From Syncephalis fuscata S228 (Eukaryota; Fungi; Zoopagomycota): a stretch of 64,000 nt of DNA. The stretch spans positions 620,001 to 684,000 of the forward strand of contig JAHLTZ010000002.1 in NCBI GenBank assembly GCA_025786725.1, read 5' to 3'. Both the position numbers and the translations under genes were made by a program. Of this stretch, positions 1 through 14,100 are shown piece after piece. Position 1 is the stretch's first letter, and every line of letters begins with the position of its first letter. The notes under the pieces were generated by a model, which saw only the letters and a program-made list of their open reading frames with translations, was not told the origin of the DNA and did not search any database.

Positions 1-2
1 TT

Positions 3-5
3 TTA

Positions 6-36
<31 letters not shown>

Positions 37-1017
37 GACATTGGTTCAGGCTTAGGAAATGTATCTCTAAGCCTAGCCCATTCTTCAGCACGTACTGTAT
101 CTTCGCGAGCAAGGAAGCCATGTTGTATTAAGTCTGCAATCTCATAATTCATACCATTCATTTCCCATAGCTCTTCAGCCGTCTCAACAGCTCGTGGCCA
201 TGCCTGCTTAATGTTTACTTCAAGGCCGGCATGTACCAAACGAGCATACATAGCACTGGTCCATGCAACATCATAATAAGGAGCTAGGCCAAATGTAGCG
301 TACATACGGTCAAGAGCAAGTTCTGCAGCCTCTTGTTCGTTCTTTTCAGCTGCCTCAATAGCTTGACGTTCAAACGACTCCATAATCATTAAAAAGTCGC
401 CTTCATATACAATGGGGCCGTAGCGATTGCGATCGGCCAACATTGTTAGGCAAAGATCGGGACGATTAAACCGGATAAGATTACGAATAGCTACAGTCGT
501 GGAACGAGCCGTTAAAAGCAGCGGCGTTCGACGCCACCGAGAAATAATCGGCACAAATAGTTCACAGTCAGCACCGGTACGTAGATTATAAAGTAGTCGA
601 TTAATGGCGGCATGACGTGGCAATTCATGATCGGGCGTTCGTGGCTCAGTCGATGCCCATAACTCTTTAAATTAGTGTGGAATAGGACAGAGACACCAGG
701 TGGTGCACGATGAGCATCTGCTGCCCGCGCGCCGTATTCTTCAAGGGCCTCAATATCGGCGATAAGTGCATCGTTAGTTATAAATTTTCCTTGTTGTGCC
801 AAGCGAAACGATGGAGATCTGTCAACACCTTTACTTTCTAAATATTTAAAATATATAAATAAATAAAATTTTAACTATTTATTAACTTACGAGAATCGCG
901 TTTTTGATATTCAGTGCTGGCTGTAGCCCATCGAGTCGACGTGGTTAGTGATCGACTGGCACGCGTCGCAATACTCGTAAGTAGACGGGCTCCATAAGTT
1001 CCACTTTGCAGCCACAT
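3..1017 (-). CDS. Hypothetical protein, probably mitochondrially targeted, with C-terminal polyQ; 2 exons (intron 838-890) and one apparent frameshift near 635
   Basis: ATG at 1017 gives an Arg/Ser/Thr-rich, acid-poor presequence (MWLQSGTYGARLLTSIATRASRSLTT). A GTAAGT..TAG intron joins it to ORFs 512-802 and 3-623. A (CAG)n run precedes the TAA. Confidence 0.6.
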
Positions 1018-1285
1018 GATCTAATTGTTTAACTGGCGTATATCTTGAAATAAATAGTATACAGCCAACAATCGAAAAGCGTAAAATTTAAAAGAATCCA
1101 AAGATCTGTTAGTGCTGTAACTACAATTTGTTTTTTATTAATGTCAACTCGAACTAAGCAGATCAATATTGACTCAATTCGGTATATAGATAGATGCAAA
1201 ACATTGGCCTACTTGCATTCACATCACTTGATCTTTTTATCGGTCTTGTTATTGTTGTTATACGAGTCGCCGCTTATTGTTAACA

Positions 1286-2350
1286 ATGACGGCCGAGGTA
1301 ATCAAGGCAAAGCCTTATTATAAGGCACTATTAATCGATCCAGAGGATTATGCATTTGATTTTGAAGAATTCATTAAAAATGAAGTAGGCTTGGACGGAG
1401 AAAGACGACGTGCAGGTAAGTAGTTGCTAGCACAACGAGAATGTAGCTAATATAAATGGCCTCTATAACCGTAGATACGTGCCAGTTCTTTGTACGTGGC
1501 CATTGTCCAAGAGGAACACGTTGTCCAAAACGGCACGATGTAGAAATGCAAAAACGACGTAATGCAGTAGTATGCAAGCATGGTTGCGTGCACTGTGTAA
1601 GAAAGGCGATCAGTGCGAGTTTTTACACGAATACAATCTACGCCGTATGCCTGAATGTTGGTTCTTTAGTAAATACGGCGAGTGCTGCAATGGAGAAGAG
1701 TGCTTTACTTGCATGTTGATCCGGAGAAACGTCGCGTTGAATGTCCATGGTATGCACGTGGATTCTGTAAACATGGTAAATAGCTTAATAATACCTATTA
1801 GTCATTAATAGACTAATCAATAAATGAATAGGACCGCATTGTCGTAATAAACATGTTCGACGCGTTATTTGCCAGCTGTATATTAATGGATTTTGCCCAC
1901 TGGGACCAGATTGTCCAAATGGACAGTATCCTTTTTACACTTTTATCAATAATGAATACGTAATATGCGTAAATAATGATTCTTAACACGTTTACTTAGT
2001 CCAAAATACGAATTACCCGTAGTTACTGGCTATAGCGGAGATCGAGGTGGCAGTATTCATGACCGTATGCGTAATGAAGCCGGCGGTGAAGGTGGCGATC
2101 CTATTATTGGCGGTGGAGGGCCACCTCTAGCTAATGGGCCACCACCAACAAACCATAGAATGCCGCAGCATATGGAAAAGGATAGAAACTCAAACCAGCA
2201 GCCAAGAGATGGTCGATATCGGCCCATTAGTGAAGTACAATGCTATAAGGTATAGATAGTTAATTACTAGTCTACCATTATTGCTAACTATCTACAATTT
2301 AATTATAGTGTGGTCAAATGGGCCATTATGCCAATCGTTGTCCAGGCTAG
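1286..2350 (+). CDS. YTH1: mRNA 3'-end processing factor Yth1/CPSF4 (five CCCH zinc fingers plus CCHC zinc knuckle), 5 exons
   Basis: Motifs [82 protein letters not shown] and [14 protein letters not shown]. Two single-base frameshifts (~1580, ~1705). Confidence 0.95.
1926..1999 (+). other. U12-type (minor spliceosome) GT-AG intron in YTH1
   Basis: 5' splice site GTATCCTTTT. Branch site TTCTTAAC about 13 nt from the 3' AG. Removal restores CA|T CCA AAA TAC (HPKY). Confidence 0.85.
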
Positions 2351-2382
2351 ACATTTGCATGCATCTATACAGATGGATCTAG

Positions 2383-2434
<52 letters not shown>
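2383..2434. repeat. (CTAT)13 microsatellite in the YTH1 3' UTR
   Basis: Perfect tetranucleotide run. Confidence 0.95.
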
Positions 2435-3482
2435 AAATAGCCTATATATCAATAGGCCACATGGTTTGTTAAATGCCGACAAATGGCTGTTTAGCATAGC
2501 CGTTGTTTATCATGTTTCCATTAGATCGCAATAAATGTATACCTTTATGGTTGGATCCTACAATGGCACTATTTAGTAACTATAGTAAATCTTATACTTA
2601 TTTAGAACGCAAAATAAATTGATTCCTAAATTAGTTGCTTGATTTTTTGCACAAAAAGTGATTGCATAAATCAATAATTGATTGCATGTTTAAACTAGAC
2701 AAAGTGGATTTATTTAATTGATATAGATTGTTGAAAGGTTAACACAATAAATAACATACTGCAATATATTGATACAAATATAATTGAGATTCAGCAAAAG
2801 ATAACAGTTGAGGCAATAAAGTTTTTCTTACTAATTTTTTTCTGCAACTCCGGTAAACCGGTTTCCCAATAAAACAATCATTTGTGGCACTTCCTTTTGC
2901 AGCCACGCGTTTCTTTGCTTTTTACAGTCCTTAAAAGTGCTTTCCTTGCTAGTACAAACTCATCATTGCCAAGTTGGCTTGTTCTTTCGTATAGTTGTCA
3001 TATTATCTGGTTTATTCGAACGTTATTTACAAGGTGAGTTATATGTAAATGAATATTATATAGTATATTATGATATTAATTAATGGCAGTGAACTATTTC
3101 TATTACACGCTAGTCAAAACTTTTAAAAGATTATTGTTGCAGTTATCATTGGGTAAGTTAAATGTGCCATTGTAAAAGCTATGCATAAATATTCCAGTGG
3201 GAATAAAGTGAAATGAATCTGCTGATAGACATGTAAACTATGGACTACCATGTTTGGTTAACATGTTTGATCCATGGCGTCACTTCCATCTAGTACGTTG
3301 TAGCACAAGTATTAATATTATGATATTTAGACATTCTGTCAAGTGATATCATCCCTTATTTCCCTGAAACACTATTAATAACTTACTTAGCTCGACAAGA
3401 TCTTTAATTACTGGCTCTATTGATTGTTGTTAGCAATCTTATTATAATAGTTGCTATTTGTCGTTTTGTTGCTGTTTTTTAG

Positions 3483-3623
3483 TCTACGGTATACTCACTG
3501 TTTTTAAACGTCCGTTTACGGGCCCAGTGCATGGGGAACGGTCAAATACGTTGTGCTCTATTTCGTGTTAAGCCGGCCAAGGTCTTGGACCTGCTGATGA
3601 AACATCGTAAACGACGTGATTAG
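3483..3623 (+). CDS. Candidate uORF/small-peptide terminal exon STVYSLFLNVRLRAQCMGNGQIRCALFRVKPAKVLDLLMKHRKRRD* in the permease 5' leader
   Basis: Starts right after a U-rich tract ending TTTTTTAG and stays open for 46 codons to TAG. About 47% GC versus about 27% in the preceding 60 nt. 5 of 7 Arg codons are CGT. Internal ATG at 3531. Confidence 0.55.
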   Translation, partial: STVYSLFLNVRLRAQCMGNGQIRCALFRVKPAKVLDLLMKHRKRRD

Positions 3624-3699
3624 ACTGTTGTTTATTAATTAGGCAAACTTTATATTATATCAATTCTATTATCGTTGTTGTTTACTGTATCCTATTAGT

Positions 3700-5958
3700 A
3701 TGGATACACCATCTATTTCCAGGTCGTTAAGTATTGACGATGAAAGGGTAAGTGAAACACAAACTATAAATCTCACGATAAACTAATACCAAGCCATGGA
3801 CAAATTAGTCTGTCACATATCATTTAGAAGTGACCCATGATATGCAACAAGTGTCTGCAACATCTGTAACGGCCAATGGTTCGAATTTACCTACATTTAT
3901 TGCACCCGAAGAATCCCATGGCCGATTTTCTACTAGTGGCGACGATGGAACACTAGGCAAAAAGGGAACTGCCATTCCATCGCGTACACCTAACCTTAGT
4001 AATTCTTGGGAGTTTGCCGGTTGGGGACATACCGATGAGTTAAAAATCAATAATGAAGATAGCTCGTCACAGCATTCTAATGGCAAAAGCCAGGATGGCG
4101 AACATACCATTACCAATCCAGAGGCTGGTCAGCAACACGTCAAAAAAGGTCACGCCAAGCTGGGCCAATGGCGAGCCACCTCGATTGCTGGTAACGATTT
4201 AATTGCTTCCGTATTCTACACTATTGGCGTTTGTTTTACGACAGCCGGTCCATACGCGCCCATTTCCCTGCTGCTTGTATCTATTGTGCTATACCCGTTT
4301 CAAAAGATTCTTTCGGAGGTTAGCACTGCACTTCCTATGAATGGCGGTACTTATAACTGTTTATTAAACACAGCAAGTAAATCAGCTGCTAGTGTAGCCG
4401 CTTCTTTATCGCTCATTAGCTACACGGCGACGGCTGTTGTAAGCGCTTCATCCGCCACCGCCTATTTAGCCGGAGAATTACCCGATATATTAACTAAAGA
4501 AATTACTTTTGGTATGACCATTGGTATTCTAGTGCTATTTGCTGCCATTGTTGCTCTAGGCATGGAAGAGTCGTCCATTGTAGCTATGACAATCTTTTGC
4601 GCTCATTGTGTTGCACTTACGGCGCTTATGATTGTCTCGGCTATTTACTGGGGCAATAATGGATCAGATGTATTTATCGATAACTGGAATAATGGCACTG
4701 TTCTCTTTCCCACTGCTAGTTCCATTGCCAGTGCATTATTTCTCGGTTATAGCATTGGACTATTAGGCATTACTGGATTCGAGACCAGTTCAAACTACGT
4801 CGAGGATCAGGGTCAAGGTGTGTTCCCCAAGACGATGCGTAATATGTGGTGGCTAGTCTTGGTGTTTAATACACCCACTGCCATATTTACCATGGCCGTC
4901 CTCCCTCTTGATGTTATACGTGCCAATTCATCCAATGCACTTTCTGTATTGGCTGGCACAGCCGGTGGATCCTGGCTTCGTTGGTGGATCACCATTGATG
5001 CCGTCATTGTATTATGTGCCGGTGTATTGACGGCGTTTGTCGGAGTCAGCGGTCTTATCGTTAGAATGACGGCCGATCGTTTATTACCACAAATTCTACT
5101 TCAACGTAATCGATTTACCGGATCACCACATTGGATTATTTTATCGTTTCTACTGGTTTGCTGTTCACTTTACGCCATTTCTGGTGGTGATGTTACTTCA
5201 CTTTCTGGCGTATTTGCCGTAGCATTTTAGGTGTCATGTGCACATTCGCCTTTGGCAATCTGCTATTGAAATATCGTCGCGATCGACTTCCCCGACCGGT
5301 TCGCACGTCATCTTTGGCGGCATTTGTAGCATTGCTAGCATTTTTGGCAGGTTTAACCGGTAATTTGTATCAACAGCCTATTCTTTTGGCATATTTTATT
5401 GGATATGTTGGTACGCTGCTTCTTATCATGCTAATATTGCTTCACCGTGTTCGATTGGCTAAGACCGCATTCTTCTACGTGGACCGCGTACTTGTTTTGC
5501 ATCGCTGGCCCATTGGTGACTGGTTAATATCGTTAATTCGTGCCTGGACCAAACAACCAGTGGCCTTTTTCACCGACACTGATGAAATTCACATTCTTAA
5601 TAAGGCTGTGCTATATGTCAATCTTAACGAATCAACAGAATGCTTGAAGATCATTCATTTCTACGACAATAACTCGCTAATACTACGTCGTCTCGAGGCT
5701 AGTCGACGCGCATTGGATCAGCTTTATCCAAAAATTACTATTGACTTGGTAAGTATAGATAGTAATATTTTAATACTATTGCTAATATTCATTTTATTCC
5801 ACTAGGTACTTGTTCATGGCAAATTCAATCCTGAAAATATTGAGAAGATTTCTGACCAGCTAAATATTCCCAAATCGCTTATGTTTATGAGCTGTCCTGG
5901 TCCACACTTTCCTTATGGTATTGAAGAACTAAATGGTGTGCGAATTATTATGCTTTAG
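3700..5958 (+). CDS. APC-superfamily permease (KimA/YdaO-like layout: ~12 TM plus cytoplasmic C-terminal domain)
   Basis: LGQWRATSIAGNDL, ALPMNGGTYNCLLN and GITGFETSSNYVE motifs, many hydrophobic helices. ATG 3700 splices in frame (intron 3748-3808). Last intron ~5749-5805. The break at 5228-5236 is a missing T (AF-LGVM). Confidence 0.88.
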
Positions 5959-6281
5959 TAAATTCAGTATCTATCTGTCATATTTATAAGTTTATAATTT
6001 TATCATTCATTCAAATTAAAAACATAGACATATGTAAAAGTTATACTCCTTTAGTGTACACTGTCCAAACTAATAGACATTTATTTAACATTAATTTTGT
6101 TAAATACTCTAAATACTTGATCGCATTATTATTTATTCTTATTCTTATTTACTATATTACTTAATTACGAATCAACTGAATAATACAGAATGATTGAATA
6201 TTATATTAATCATTAATATTTAAATAGCAATTATTTGAATTTGGATTTATTTTCTGTTTAAGAAGCCTTTCTAACCACTCA

Positions 6282-7363
6282 TTAACGTTTGACCCTATCA
6301 TACCCATGGTGTTAATAAAACGTTAAACAGTCTATAGTTACTACATACCAAGTATACTTCTTGCGAGCTTTGGGTTGACCCGGCTTTTTACGTTCTACAA
6401 CACGCGCATCATGACTAACTAGACCTGCATGACGTAACGCTGGCTTAAGTGTAGGCTCATGGACTAATAGTGCACGTGTAACAGCTAGTCGAATGGCTTC
6501 TGCTTGCCCTATTAACCATAATATTTAATATTTAATATAAATTGATTAATAGACTATTTAACTTACCAGTTGTACCGCCACCACGAACAAGGCACCAAGC
6601 ATTAAATTGTCCAAGTAAATCCGTACGTGTTAATGATTCAACTACTGCTTCACGATCCTCCATACGTACAAAATACGTAGCCAATGGCTTGCCATTAATT
6701 AATACTTGGCCCGTATGTGGTTCATCTGTACGAACAAGCCATACGCGAGCTGACGCTTCCTTTCGCCAACCAAATGCAAATGCCGACCAAATCGGTCAAT
6801 TGTATGCACGGCCATTTGCTGTTTCTGACCAGATTCAGCGCGTTGGAAACTTGCTAAATCCTTTATAACAAGCGGCAAATGCTCTGCCAAACCAGGCTGT
6901 CGCCATACCCGGTTAAGCTTTTCGATAATGCGACGATACTGAGTAGTCGTTAAATCGACACCAAGAATCTGGCTCATACGCTCACGCGATAACCAGCCTG
7001 CACTCGATACTTCAGTAGATTTAGACGCGTCGGCAGTAGTGTTGTTGGCGGTGATAGTCGACTGTGGCACACTGATGGCTAGTCGTTGACGCGTATCTGC
7101 CCATAATTGATCAAGATTAGCCAGAAGATCATTATAGATGGGTTGACCGGTAAAATAGGCCGGTGAACCGGGACGATCGCGTATCGTTATCGTTGATGCA
7201 TCTTGAGTGGCTTCCGAAGCAAATGAACGGTGTGGTAATTGTAGTGCCGACAAGATCGATACATTATTACCGCCACTAGGTGTAAAACGAAGCGTTGTTC
7301 TGGCACTACTATTAACGCGCGCCGTAGACCGGCAGCGGCGACCAGACGTTGGCAAACCGACAT
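6282..7363 (-). CDS. MRPS9: Mitochondrial small-subunit ribosomal protein uS9m
   Basis: [21 protein letters not shown]|[31 protein letters not shown]-terminus. Two introns and two apparent frameshifts. Confidence 0.92.
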
Positions 7364-7615
7364 CTTGTTGCGGTGATTATACGCGTTTAACCGCACTTTA
7401 CAGGGAAAAGATAGAACTAGTCAAAAGATCGTTAATAAAAAATTATGGAGCGTATTTTGTATTTTGAAATTAGCACAATTGCTCGTCTCGTTCTTCTTTT
7501 TTCTTTCTCTTGTTCTAAATCGTATTTCTTTCTCGATACCGAGTTTTCTAACAGTCGCAGTAAGTCTATAAACTTTCTATTATTGCATAAGCCATAACAA
7601 TAGGCACGCTAGATA

Positions 7616-10803
<3,188 letters not shown>

Positions 10804-11132
10804 TTATTTTTATTCTTTTCTCGCACATACACTCTCTCTCTTTCTCTCACTCTATAAATATGAATAAATATAAAAGACTTGTGGTGATGATGTAAAGATG
10901 TAGAGATGAAGATGATGACAATAATGTCCATAATGATTTATAAAGATAAAGGTATGTATATATAATAAGCAATGATTAAGAAAAGAGAAAGAAAGCACAA
11001 ACTAGAAAACACAATCGTAGCAGATCAAACAAGGACGACAAACGAACAAACAAACAAATGATACGATAAAATAACAAGGCATTTGTTGATCCACTAACCA
11101 CAACTATTAATAAATAATAATAGAATCCATTA

Positions 11133-14100
11133 TTATGGTTTACTGGTCCAGGTACGTCGACCATGAATAACACCATTATTACCATTACATTACCATTATT
11201 ATTATTATTATTATTATTATTAAGATGATTTCTTCTTAATGGTCCATTCATATTACTATTATTCATAGTATTGGATATAGTAGTATTAGTATTATGATTA
11301 GTCGTTGGTAAATGATAAACATTACGTCGTGAATTGATCATTAGCATAGAGTGGTGATGTTGTTGCTGTTGCTGTTGATGAGCAGCTGCCGCTACAGCTG
11401 CCGCATAAGCATTTGGATCAAATGTAGCCGTTGATGCTGGTTGTGGACCAGTAGTAGATAATGTTGTCGAATAAACATTGGATAAACCAGTTGATGTTGG
11501 TATAAAAGCCGTTGGAGCCGGATTTAAATGGGGTGATAAATGATGTGGATGTGATAAATGAGGTCCCATCATCGTCATTGTTCCATTACTTGGATGTGAA
11601 TGTTGTTGTTGTTGTTGTTGTTGTAAATGCGGATGATTGTTATTTAATGTATTGTTACTATTGTTGTTCGTATTCGTAGTGGTATGGGTCATACTACTAC
11701 TGCTACTACTGCTACTGCTACTGCTACCACTGCCATTACCATTGTTATTATTATTATTATTGGTATTCAGTGTGGGTTGTACCATCCAACCAGTAGGCAT
11801 ATTGTTTGATAGTGTTGTTGACATCGTCATATGACCATTATTCGGTGTAGCCGTAACAAATGAACCAATATTACCATTGTTATTACCATTACTCGTATTA
11901 CTGCCACTACTATACACTGGATGTGATCCCATAGTAACATAAGCACCTGTGGGCATTGAAGCATTTGATGTTGGTACAGACATGTTATTAGGCGGTGTTG
12001 TCATAGGAATATAGGCTGTAGTAGGTGTAGCAGTCCCTGTTGGATTCATTGTCTGTATCATATGACCTGAAGGCGTCATGGCCCATCCATTACTGGTATG
12101 TCCATGAGATGGATGGTTGGTGGGTAGGGCATATCCACCATAGTATTCATCATCTCACTAGGATGTGGATGTGGATGTCCATTCATTAATCGAGGTGATC
12201 CCATAACTGTAGGTGCTACTGGATAGTATATGAATTGGGAAGGCATGGTCATTGGACGTGGTTGTAGTGGTACTGCTTGTGTCGGATGATGATGCGGATG
12301 ATGGATGATGTGGATGGTGTGGATGATGTTGCTGCATAAAAGTAGGATCATGTTGTGGATGTAGTGTATAATGAGTATTTAATGGACGTGACCCATTATT
12401 ATTGCTTATTATTATGTTGTTGTTGTTGTTGTCTATTACCACCAGAATTGGGTGGACATATATTGTGTACTGGTACTGGTACTGGTACTTGTACAGGCAT
12501 AGGTGTATATGTATAGACAGGATGGGCATAGGCAGCAGCAGATGCAGCATAGGATGAATTCATCATATTATGATGCTGTTGTTGTTGTTGTTGTTGCTGT
12601 AATTGTTGTTGTTGTTGTTGTTGATGATGATGCTGATAATGATGCTGATAATGATGTATTGGAGAAATAGATTGAGTAGATACAAATGGAGGAGATGAAG
12701 CAGAGGATAGATCAGATAAAGCACTACTGCCTGATGGATGATTAGTTGTTAATGATAGAGTATCAGTAGGCGGTGTCAGTAGACCAGATGATTCATTCAC
12801 TGTTAATACTCTTCTATTAGATTCAATATCAATAGTGTCTATTTAGTAGTAATATTAGTATGTATTATATCATATTATATTAATAAATGGTACTTACTCT
12901 TATAGGTGTAGCCGTATTATTACAAGGTTCCCCGTGATTGATAGACATGACATAAGTGGAGGTCATAGTAGTAGATGGATGCATATCCACACAGTACATG
13001 GCTGATTCTTCATTGCCATGACCGTTGTCATTAGTATTATCAAATTCTATAAATAGTATTAATATTAAATATACAACTAGCTAATAATATGAATTACCTT
13101 GATTTGATGTATGAACCCACTCATTATTTTCATAGTCTGTAACATCGGATGTGGTCACCTCAATGGGTTCATCCATTTGACTATCATCCAATTCACTATG
13201 ATGTATTGATAATGAGTCGCCATTACTTGTATCGGCTGATGTGGATGCAGTAGGTGCTGCTTTATCTTTATCGCCACGTCTACGTCCACGTCGACCACGT
13301 CTACTTTTACGAGCACAGACACTTCCTTCTGTATCAGCAGTACTTGCGGTGTCACCATCAGCGTTGTTCAATTCCTTGTCATCCATATTGGTCACATCAT
13401 GTAGCTCTTCCTCGTCATGTTCATCTAATAATGGTGTTTCAGCCGGTGTAGTATTCAAGGTCATTATAGATTCATGATCAAATGATATAGTCGAGTGTTC
13501 ATCATGTTGATACCACGATGATGTATCTGGTTCAGTATCAATGGCATCTTCATGTATGACATCAGTAAAGTCGTCGTAAATGGTATCGGTTGTATCATGG
13601 TCTACCGTAACATTTGGCATATCGAATGTGTCTGTATCTTCTAATTCTGATAATTGATTAGTTGAGTTCGTTTCATATTCTACTTCATGAGTTGATTTTG
13701 CTATTAAATCATTTGATGCATCATTAGTATTTAAATCATCCGTTTGATCATTAATTGATGTCATCGTATTTCTAGAATAGTTTGAATAGTGTGATGGTGC
13801 AGTTGATTCTGACAATATAGACATGGAAGTAGTTGATAATGAAGGTGTTGTTGTTGTTGTTGTATCAGAATTAATTGAATTAATGACTTCATTTGATTTT
13901 AATTGACGCTGTTGTTCCTGTTCCTGTTGTTCTTGTCGTTGTTGTTGAACACGTCTTAAGGCAGGTGGACGATATGGTTGAGCAGTAGCTTTACTGGGTA
14001 CTTCTTGTACTAAAGGTATATCCAATACAACTGGCGCATCATCGGATTTATTCGTTAAAGTTAAATCACAATTTACTGTTTCTGTATCTATACATGTTGA

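Noticed and set aside
3481-3626. 5S rRNA, snRNA, hammerhead or a known riboswitch
   Set aside because: The AGTCTACGG start resembles 5S but the rest does not. CTGATGA lacks the hammerhead GAAA and stem II. There is no Sm site, box C/D pair or full aptamer consensus.
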